Source: Acutalibacteraceae bacterium
GTDB lineage: Bacteria; Bacillota; Clostridia; Oscillospirales; Acutalibacteraceae
Direction of reading: 5' to 3'
Assembly (NCBI GenBank): GCA_963629305.1
Contig: CAVGIJ010000008.1
Span: forward strand, 19,781-83,780
DNA: 64,000 bases
Made by a program: the position numbers and the translations under genes. Positions 57,087-64,000 of this stretch are shown in pieces. Each line of letters begins with the position of its first letter. Positions within the stretch are counted from its first letter, which is position 1. Below the pieces are notes generated by a model. It did not search any database, was not told where the DNA came from, and saw nothing but the letters and a program-made list of their open reading frames with translations.

Positions 57087-57816
57087 TACACTCATAAAGG
57101 TTACAGGTCTTCAAAAGCACTTTAAAGGCGGAATACATGCCTTAAACGACATAAGTACAGAGATACACAAGGGAGAAGTTGTAGTTATAATAGGACCCTC
57201 CGGATCGGGTAAATCTACATTTCTGCGTTGCCTGAATCTTCTTGAGCTCCCGACCGGCGGAACTATAGAGATGGACGGCTGTGACATAACAAACAGAAAG
57301 ACCAATATAAACAAGCACAGGCAGAAGATGGGTATGGTATTTCAGCACTTCAATCTTTTTCCGAATATGACTGTGCTTCGCAATATGACGCTTGGACCGA
57401 CAAAACTTCTCGACGTTTCACAGGAGGAAGCCGATTCAAAGGCGATGTCTCTCCTAAAGAGAGTAGGACTTGAGGACAGAGCATCAGCATATCCGAATCA
57501 GCTCTCAGGCGGACAAAAACAGCGTATTGCTATTGTACGTGCTCTTTCTATGGAGCCGGAGATAATGCTCTTTGACGAGCCGACCTCGGCCCTTGACCCC
57601 GAGATGGTAGGCGAGGTTCTTGAAGTTATGAAGGACCTTGCAAAGGACGGAATGACTATGGTTGTTGTAACGCATGAGATGGGATTTGCAAGAGAGGTTG
57701 CAAGCCGTGTGCTCTTTATGGATGAAGGAAAAATAATTGAAGAAGGAACCCCTTCCGAAATTTTCGACAATCCGAAGTCGGACAGACTTAAATCCTTCCT
57801 TGCTAAGGTTATTTAA
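57079..57816 (+). CDS. Amino-acid ABC transporter ATP-binding protein
   Basis: [40 protein letters not shown] 57079 overlaps the permease gene's stop. Confidence 0.9.
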   Translation: MTDTLIKVTGLQKHFKGGIHALNDISTEIHKGEVVVIIGPSGSGKSTFLRCLNLLELPTGGTIEMDGCDITNRKTNINKHRQKMGMVFQHFNLFPNMTVLRNMTLGPTKLLDVSQEEADSKAMSLLKRVGLEDRASAYPNQLSGGQKQRIAIVRALSMEPEIMLFDEPTSALDPEMVGEVLEVMKDLAKDGMTMVVVTHEMGFAREVASRVLFMDEGKIIEEGTPSEIFDNPKSDRLKSFLAKVI

Positions 57817-57833
57817 GTTTTAATCAGGGAAAA

Positions 57834-57866
57834 AAACAGCGGCAATGATGCCGCTGTTTTATTTTT
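57834..57866 (+). terminator. Rho-independent terminator of the amino-acid ABC operon
   Basis: ACAGCGGCA/TGCCGCTGT hairpin followed by TTTTATTTTT. Confidence 0.8.
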
Positions 57867-57882
57867 ACATTTAATAAATTTG

Positions 57883-57916
57883 ATATTGTGTATATTGGAA
57901 GCCATATACACAATAT
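57883..57916. repeat. Perfect 13-bp inverted repeat (8-nt spacer) upstream of pilT
   Basis: ATATTGTGTATAT (57883-57895) is the reverse complement of ATATACACAATAT (57904-57916). Confidence 0.8.
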
Positions 57917-58055
57917 ATGGGAAAACTGATCAATGTGTAAAAATACTGTGGAAAATCTACAAAAACTTTCAACTTTTTGTTGCATTTTTTATACGCTTGT
58001 GATAAACTTGTGATAGATTTTACCCTAGTTTTTGGATTTTTGGGAGGAAAGATTT

Positions 58056-59111
58056 ATGACTTTAGCGGAATTACTTAAAATTGCAGAAGAAAATAAAGCT
58101 TCTGACGTACATATTACCGTAGGTGTTCCACCGCTCATGCGTGTACACGGTTCCATGATGCCTATTCCGAATGAGCCGCGTCTTATGGCGGAGGATGTTG
58201 AAGCGCTTGTAAAGGGAATCATGGGAGATTTCCAAAAACGTGCTTTCGCAGAACGCGGAGAGATTGACTTTTCTTTCGGTCTTGCAGGAATGGGACGTTA
58301 TCGTGTAAACGTATTCCGTCAGCGCGGAACTACAGCTGCCGTATTCCGTCTTGTAGGATCAAAAATTCCGAATCCTCGTGACCTCGGTGTGCCGGAGGCA
58401 GTAATAAACCTCTATCAGCAGAAGAGCGGACTTATCCTTGTAACGGGACCTACGGGTTCAGGTAAGTCAACTACTCTTGCATCCCTCATAGGTCTTGTAA
58501 ATGACAACTTGAATGACCATATCATTACACTTGAGGATCCTATAGAGTATCTTCACAGACACAATAAATCCATTGTAAACCAGAGAGAAATCGGTGTTGA
58601 TACACGTTCGTACGCTGCAGCACTCAGAGCAGCACTTCGTGAGGACCCGGATGTTATCCTTGTAGGTGAGATGCGTGACCTTGAAACCATTTCAACTGCG
58701 GTAACGGCGGCGGAAACAGGACACCTGGTATTCTCCACACTTCATACCATAGGTTGCGCAGAGACTATCGACCGTGTTATCGACGTATTCCCGACTGACC
58801 AGCAGGACCAGATTCGCGTACAGCTTTCAATGGTTCTCGAGGCCGTTATTTCCCAAAGACTTATTCCGACTCTCGACGGAAACGGCCGAGTTGCGGCATT
58901 TGAAGTTATGATTGCGGACTCCGCTATAAGAAACCTTATACGTGAGGGTAAGAACTATCAAATCCCGAGCGCAATGCAAAGCGGAAAGAAAAAGGGCATG
59001 CAGACTATGGATGATTGTCTTTATGACCTTTATACATCGGGACGCATTTCCAGAAAGAATGCACTTCTTTATTCGACAGATCCTGATGAGATGTCAAAAC
59101 GTCTCATGTAA
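58056..59111 (+). CDS. pilT: Type IV pilus retraction ATPase PilT family protein
   Basis: ASDVHI, Walker A GPTGSGKST, LEDPIE, GEMRD, HLVFSTLHT, AIRNLIREGK. GGGAGGAAA RBS precedes ATG 58056. Confidence 0.9.
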   Translation: MTLAELLKIAEENKASDVHITVGVPPLMRVHGSMMPIPNEPRLMAEDVEALVKGIMGDFQKRAFAERGEIDFSFGLAGMGRYRVNVFRQRGTTAAVFRLVGSKIPNPRDLGVPEAVINLYQQKSGLILVTGPTGSGKSTTLASLIGLVNDNLNDHIITLEDPIEYLHRHNKSIVNQREIGVDTRSYAAALRAALREDPDVILVGEMRDLETISTAVTAAETGHLVFSTLHTIGCAETIDRVIDVFPTDQQDQIRVQLSMVLEAVISQRLIPTLDGNGRVAAFEVMIADSAIRNLIREGKNYQIPSAMQSGKKKGMQTMDDCLYDLYTSGRISRKNALLYSTDPDEMSKRLM

Positions 59112-59134
59112 CATGTGATCAGAATAAATTGCTC

Positions 59135-59182
59135 AGGCCTCATTTTTGTTCTTGCAGGAATAGGAATGAGGCTGATTTTTTT
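59135..59182 (+). terminator. Probable terminator after pilT
   Basis: GCCTCATT/AATGAGGC stem with a 20-nt loop, followed by T7. Confidence 0.55.
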
Positions 59183-59257
59183 GAGAGTAAAAAAGGATTT
59201 TGACAAAGATCGGATGACTTTGTTATCTGTGAATGAAATGTAATGAGGTTTGGTATT

Positions 59258-60775
59258 ATGAAAATAAAAAGAGGCAGCGGAGTGCTTATGGCGGTATCCT
59301 CACTTCCGTCTCCGTACGGAATAGGAACTCTCGGTAAAGCCGCTTATGATTTTATAGATTTCTTATTCGAGTCCGGTCAGAGTTACTGGCAGATGTTGCC
59401 CCTTGGACCTACAAGCTTCGGTGATTCCCCTTATCAGAGCTTTTCATCGTTTGCGGGTAATCCGTATTTCGTTGACCTTAATTTTCTTGTGGATGACGGA
59501 CTCCTTGAGATGTCCGACATTGATACCGTTGATTTCGGGCAAGATGAGCTTTGCGTTGATTACGAAAAGATTTATCAAAACAGATTCGCAGTTCTTTACA
59601 AGGCATATAAAAACGGAGCAGAGAGAGATTGCGAAAAATTTACGGTGTTTAAAAACGAAAATGATCCGTGGCTTTCCGAGTATGCGATGTTTATGGCGGC
59701 CAAAGAAAAATTTTCTATGAAATCATGGACAGAGTGGGATAATAGCGACCTGCGTCTTCACAAGCCGGAGGCTCTCGAAAGGCTCAAGAGTGAGCGAGGA
59801 GACCGTATAGAGTTTTATAAGTATATACAATTTCTGTTTTTCAGCCAGTGGAACGAGCTTCGTGAGTATGCCGTAAAAAAGGGAGTCGGCATCATCGGGG
59901 ATATCCCCATATACGTACCGCTTGATTCGGCGGATGTATGGTCTGAGCCTAATCAATTTCAGTTAAATGAGGAAAATCTTCCTACAAAGGTTGCAGGTGT
60001 GCCGCCTGACTATTTTTCGGAGGACGGGCAACTTTGGGGCAATCCTCTTTATGACTGGGAAGCGATGAAAAATGACGGATACGGTTGGTGGATACGCAGA
60101 ATAGCGGGAGCTGCCAGGCTGTACGACATTATACGTATAGACCATTTTCGGGGCTTTGAAAGTTATTTTGCCATTCCGTACGGCGCTGAAAATGCAAAAG
60201 TCGGGGAGTGGATGAAGGGCCCGGGAATAGACTTCGTAAAAACTATAACCTCGTGGTTTTCCGGCATACAGTTTATAGCTGAGGATCTCGGAATTTTAAC
60301 GCAGGAAGTTACGGATATGCTGGATGAATCCGGCCTTCCCGGAATGAAGGTTCTGGAATTTGCGTTTGACTGGCGTGAGCCGTCGAATTACTTGCCGCAT
60401 ACATATACGAAAAACTGTGTATGCTACATTGGTACACATGACAATACAACAGTAATCGGTTGGCGAAATGAAGCTGATGAGAAAGACCTCGAAACGGCAA
60501 AAACATACCTTGGTCTAAATGACGAAGAAGGTTTTGCATGGGGCTTTATTCGCGGAGGAATGACCTCTGCTTCCGATCTCTTTATCATGCAGATGCAGGA
60601 TATACTGGAATTGTCGGAAAAGGCACGTATGAATGTTCCGGGAACTGTAGGCGGAAATTGGCAGTGGAGAACCGATAACAATTACAGAAAGAATAAACTT
60701 ATCATTGACAGGCTTGCCGAGCTTACAAGAATAAGCGGCAGGAGTATCAGTAAACATACTGTCCCGAGGGGATAG
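59258..60775 (+). CDS. malQ: 4-alpha-glucanotransferase (amylomaltase, GH77)
   Basis: SSLPSPYGIGTLG, QMLPLGPT....SPY, RIDHFRGF, and GTHDN. Confidence 0.9.
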   Translation: MKIKRGSGVLMAVSSLPSPYGIGTLGKAAYDFIDFLFESGQSYWQMLPLGPTSFGDSPYQSFSSFAGNPYFVDLNFLVDDGLLEMSDIDTVDFGQDELCVDYEKIYQNRFAVLYKAYKNGAERDCEKFTVFKNENDPWLSEYAMFMAAKEKFSMKSWTEWDNSDLRLHKPEALERLKSERGDRIEFYKYIQFLFFSQWNELREYAVKKGVGIIGDIPIYVPLDSADVWSEPNQFQLNEENLPTKVAGVPPDYFSEDGQLWGNPLYDWEAMKNDGYGWWIRRIAGAARLYDIIRIDHFRGFESYFAIPYGAENAKVGEWMKGPGIDFVKTITSWFSGIQFIAEDLGILTQEVTDMLDESGLPGMKVLEFAFDWREPSNYLPHTYTKNCVCYIGTHDNTTVIGWRNEADEKDLETAKTYLGLNDEEGFAWGFIRGGMTSASDLFIMQMQDILELSEKARMNVPGTVGGNWQWRTDNNYRKNKLIIDRLAELTRISGRSISKHTVPRG

Positions 60776-60790
60776 AAGTGTTAAACTATT

Positions 60791-60832
60791 AAAGAACCGC
60801 TTCGGAATATGAATTCCGAGGCGGTTCTTTTT
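60791..60832. terminator. Bidirectional terminator between malQ and hflX
   Basis: An 18-bp hairpin AAAGAACCGCTTCGGAAT/ATTCCGAGGCGGTTCTTT. Confidence 0.85.
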
Positions 60833-60882
60833 GGTTTGTTAAGTTTGTGTTTATAAATACAAATAATTTTATGCTTACAAAT

Positions 60883-62142
60883 TTATTTGTAAGTTTCAAC
60901 TACGTACTTTGAGAGCTTGTTTGCGATTCTCAGACTGCACAGTGCGTCTATTTTCAGCCCGTTTTCGGTGTACTCCTCTGAGAAAACGGTTGAGTCTTCC
61001 CGTACAAGGCTTGATGGTGACATGTCGTTGTATGGGAACAGAAAGACGCAACGACGACGGTCGGGTGGCAGTGCTCGGTCAATGGCGGTCAAAAGTGCAT
61101 CTACGCCGTTGCCGTGAAGAGCGGAGATAAATACGGAATCGTGAAGAGTCGTGATGTTGTCGGTGTCGTACAGAAGATCACACTTGTTCATAACGGAAAC
61201 GACAGGTATATCTGCGGCACCGAGCTCCGTCAGGAGCTCATTCGTGACGCGGAGATGTTCCGCACATTCGGGGGACGAGGCATCACATACGTTTAGGATA
61301 ACGTCTGCACACGCAGCTTCCTCTAGAGTGGATTTGAATGCCTCGACGAGATTGTGCGGCAGGCGGCGAATAAGACCGACGGTGTCAATGAGCATAACCT
61401 CTCTGCCGGACGGCAGAGAGAGGGCACGGGAAGTCGGATCAAGAGTTGCAAACAGTTTGTTTTCAGCCAGAACGCCCGCATCTGTCAAACGGTTCATAAG
61501 TGTCGACTTCCCGGCATTGGTGTATCCGACGATAACAACTGTCTCAACGCCGTCTTTTTCGCGCCGGCGGCGCATTTGGTTGCGGCGTTTTTCAACTGCT
61601 TTGAGTTCATCTGAAATTGCTTCTATACGCCGCCTTATGTGGCGCTTGTCACTTTCGAGTTTGGACTCGCCGGGACCTCTTGTGCCAATGCCGCCGCCAA
61701 GTCTCGAAAGAGAAGCTCCTTTTCCGGTAAGGCGTGGCAGCATGTACTTAAGCTGTGCAAGTTCAACCTGCAATTTGCCCTCTTTCGAGCGCGCACGCTG
61801 TGCGAAGATATCAAGTATAAGTGTGGTTCTGTCTATGACTTTAAATCCGGTATAATCTTCAATGTTTCTCTGCTGTGACGGTGTGAGTTCATCGTCAAAA
61901 ACGAGGAGATCTATATCCTCATATTTGTAGAATTCTTTTATCTCATCGAGCTTTCCCACACCGAGAAAAAGTGCTGCGTCGGGTGCGGGCCGTGCTTGAA
62001 TCACCTTCGCAACGACTTCTGCACCGGCGGTTTTGCAGAGCTCTTCAAGCTCATCAATGGAAATATCTGCGTCAAAGCTTCCTGTGTCCACCGAACACAG
62101 TACGGCGCGTTCTTTTTTTTCTTTGTTTTCTGTTTCGTACAT
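60883..62142 (-). CDS. hflX: GTPase HflX
   Basis: HflX N-terminal domain (L.EL..L..TAG), G1 GYTNAGKST, G3 DTVG, G4 NKCD. ATG is at 62142. Confidence 0.9.
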   Translation of the reverse strand: MYETENKEKKERAVLCSVDTGSFDADISIDELEELCKTAGAEVVAKVIQARPAPDAALFLGVGKLDEIKEFYKYEDIDLLVFDDELTPSQQRNIEDYTGFKVIDRTTLILDIFAQRARSKEGKLQVELAQLKYMLPRLTGKGASLSRLGGGIGTRGPGESKLESDKRHIRRRIEAISDELKAVEKRRNQMRRRREKDGVETVVIVGYTNAGKSTLMNRLTDAGVLAENKLFATLDPTSRALSLPSGREVMLIDTVGLIRRLPHNLVEAFKSTLEEAACADVILNVCDASSPECAEHLRVTNELLTELGAADIPVVSVMNKCDLLYDTDNITTLHDSVFISALHGNGVDALLTAIDRALPPDRRRCVFLFPYNDMSPSSLVREDSTVFSEEYTENGLKIDALCSLRIANKLSKYVVETYK

Positions 62143-62155
62143 ATATTTTCCTTTT

Positions 62156-62704
62156 TTACAGTTTAAAAATGATTCCTGCCACACCGGCAATCAGAATAAA
62201 GAAAATTGGGTGGAGTTTTTTTACTTTTGGTATGAGTGTACACGCAAATAATGCAATAAACAGGATAAGACATCCCACACTTAAGGTGCCGCTCGGTATG
62301 ATTGCGGTGGAGAATACATCGACACCGGCAGAAATAATAAGGCCTATTGCGGCAGCGCGCAGTGCGGCAAAAATTTTCATTACCTTTTCATTTGTCTTGT
62401 ATTTTTCCCAGATCCTCGCAACAATGAGGACTACGATAAATGACGGCAATGTAAGGCTCAGTGTTGAGCATATTCCGCCGAAAGTTCCGAAAATCTTGTG
62501 TCCGACATATGTGGCCATATTTACGCCGATTGCACCGGGCGTTGATTCTGATACGGCAAGCATATCTGCCATCTCGGATATGGAAAACCAGTCGGGGTGC
62601 GATGCGGACATTTCGCGAAGGAACGGAAGAGTGGCGAGTCCGCCTCCTACTGCAAAAAGTCCTGTTTTGAAAAATTCAAAACACATCAGTAGAAATTCAG
62701 TCAT
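62156..62704 (-). CDS. chrA: Chromate transporter (short CHR family, second half-protein)
   Basis: FFKTGLFAVGGGLATLPF motif. The gene overlaps its upstream paralogue by 8 nt. Confidence 0.85.
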   Translation of the reverse strand: MTEFLLMCFEFFKTGLFAVGGGLATLPFLREMSASHPDWFSISEMADMLAVSESTPGAIGVNMATYVGHKIFGTFGGICSTLSLTLPSFIVVLIVARIWEKYKTNEKVMKIFAALRAAAIGLIISAGVDVFSTAIIPSGTLSVGCLILFIALFACTLIPKVKKLHPIFFILIAGVAGIIFKL

Positions 62705-63263
62705 TCTTTTTCTCCTCCTTCTTCTTATCAAGCTTTGAGAGGTCTATAAAGAACAGACCGAATACACCGCATACTATTACTATTACAATCGGTGACGCGC
62801 CGAGAAAAGTTACAGCTGCAAACGACGCAATCGCTATTCCGAGTTGTTCCGGACATTTTACAGCCGACTTAAAGAGTTTTATACATGTTGAGAGAATTAG
62901 CGCCGCAACAGCTACTCTTATTCCGGCAAACGCATGGGTGACAATAGGCAAATGTGCAAAATTCGAAATAAATTCCGCAATCACCGTGATGATTATTATA
63001 CTCGGTGTTATCACGCCGAGCGTTGCAAACAGAGCGCCGAAAAACCCTTTTATTTTTGCTCCGATAAAGGTGGCGGCATTTACTGCGATAACACCCGGAG
63101 TACATTGGCTCATGGAATAGATATCAAGTATCTCATCCTTTGTTGACCATTTATGCTTGTCCACAATCTCACGCTCTATCATAGGGAGCATTGCATATCC
63201 CCCTCCGAACGTGAAAAGTCCTATTTTAAAAAATGATACAAAAAGTTCAAGTATTTCTTTCAA
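62697..63263 (-). CDS. chrA: Chromate transporter (short CHR family, first half-protein)
   Basis: FFKIGLFTFGGGYAMLPM motif. TTG 63263 lies 6 nt after GAGGAA and is preferred over TTG 63269. Confidence 0.85.
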   Translation of the reverse strand: MKEILELFVSFFKIGLFTFGGGYAMLPMIEREIVDKHKWSTKDEILDIYSMSQCTPGVIAVNAATFIGAKIKGFFGALFATLGVITPSIIIITVIAEFISNFAHLPIVTHAFAGIRVAVAALILSTCIKLFKSAVKCPEQLGIAIASFAAVTFLGASPIVIVIVCGVFGLFFIDLSKLDKKKEEKKND

Positions 63264-63305
63264 GTGCAATTCCTCGCATTCTGTGATTGTAGGGTGTTTT
63301 TTTCA

Positions 63306-63548
63306 TTATCTTCCGAGAAGAAAGTCTACTGATACGTCCAGAGTGTTGGCTATTGCAAGAAGCTCATAGTCGTTTATGCTTCGGTGCTGTCCTTCTATTT
63401 TTGAAAGACCCGAATTGTTAAGGTCAACGCCCTGCAACGCAAGTGATTCTATAAGGTCAACCTGCTTGAGCCCCTTCTCTTTTCGAAGCTCCTCAATACG
63501 CGCACCGCATATGTTTTTGTTGCCTCGTATCTGTTCACGTATTCTCAT
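63306..63548 (-). CDS. XRE family helix-turn-helix transcriptional regulator
   Basis: RIEELRKEKGLKQVDLIESL......NSGLSKIEGQHRSI HTH_3 pattern, 80 aa from ATG 63548. Confidence 0.8.
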   Translation of the reverse strand: MRIREQIRGNKNICGARIEELRKEKGLKQVDLIESLALQGVDLNNSGLSKIEGQHRSINDYELLAIANTLDVSVDFLLGR

Positions 63549-63714
63549 CTTTATCACCCTTTTGTGTATGGATTCTTTTTTCTGATTTGACAATATAATT
63601 ATATGCAAAAGGTTTATTCAAATCAATGGTATTCCTTGAATAATAAGCTTCTTGGTGGTATAATGTAGGACAATTTATAAGGGAGATAAATTTTCAAAAC
63701 TTGAGGTGCAGATA

Positions 63715-63999
63715 ATGAAAGAAATGTATGACAGTAAGATGAATCTTACCATGCTTACGGACTTCTACGAACTCACTATGGCAAACGGCTACTTTAAGAA
63801 CGGATTCAAGGATACCATAGGTTACTTTGATATGTTTTATCGTACCATTCCAAGTGCCGGCGGATTTGTTATCATGTGCGGCGTTGAGCAGGTAGTGGAT
63901 TACCTGGAAAATCTTAAATTTACAGATGATGATATTGATTATCTCAGAACACGCGGATTCGGAGAGGAATTTCTCCGGTATCTCAAAAACTTTAAGTTT
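63715..63999 (+). CDS. pncB: Nicotinate phosphoribosyltransferase, N-terminal part (runs off the right edge)
   Basis: The frame is open to the window end and reads NLTMLTDFYELTMANGYF...YFDMFYR..P.AGGF....G. GAGGTG RBS precedes ATG 63715. Confidence 0.85.
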   Translation, partial: MKEMYDSKMNLTMLTDFYELTMANGYFKNGFKDTIGYFDMFYRTIPSAGGFVIMCGVEQVVDYLENLKFTDDDIDYLRTRGFGEEFLRYLKNFKF

Positions 64000-64000
64000 T

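Overview
This is a 64 kb chromosomal segment from a low-GC Gram-positive bacterium. Gene content, strong GGAGG-type Shine-Dalgarno sites and frequent GTG/TTG starts suggest a Clostridia-like organism. All family assignments come from motif recognition by eye on the supplied translations; no database search was run.

Most of the window is housekeeping:
- smpB plus tmRNA, and the SRP-RNA/dnaX/ybaB/recR cluster
- rlmB, rpsF-ssb-rpsR, prfB, and glmU-pth-mfd
- an initiator tRNA-Met
- a guanine riboswitch with xpt and a BMP-type nucleoside ABC importer
- purB-purA-guaA, trmO, alr, malQ, hflX, and the 5' end of pncB

Several transporters are interspersed: MATE, ArsB/NhaD, EamA, a split ChrA pair, a heterodimeric ABC exporter and an amino-acid ABC importer. 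The left end carries a LysR-linked flavodoxin/cupin/aldo-keto-reductase redox cluster.

I found no CRISPR array, prophage, integrase, restriction-modification system or recognisable defence island. The only mobile-element-like gene is a single Rpn/PD-(D/E)XK putative transposase.

The least ordinary content is:
1. Two separate signalling operons that couple phosphorelay proteins to HD-GYP (c-di-GMP phosphodiesterase-type) outputs. One is a stand-alone Hpt, a hybrid kinase and a REC-HD-GYP protein, behind a leader with an intrinsic terminator. The other is an HD-GYP protein, a minimal CheA (Hpt plus kinase core, no CheW-like domain) and a CheY.
2. A 980-aa protein with a roughly 400-aa acidic tail fused to a P1B-type ATPase-like body in which every catalytic motif appears degenerate.
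3. A MATE transporter fused in frame to a cytidylate-kinase-like domain.
4. A trmO gene whose conserved N-terminus has no ATG/GTG/TTG start.
5. A terminator-dense orphan intergenic region.

None of these can be declared novel without searches I could not run.
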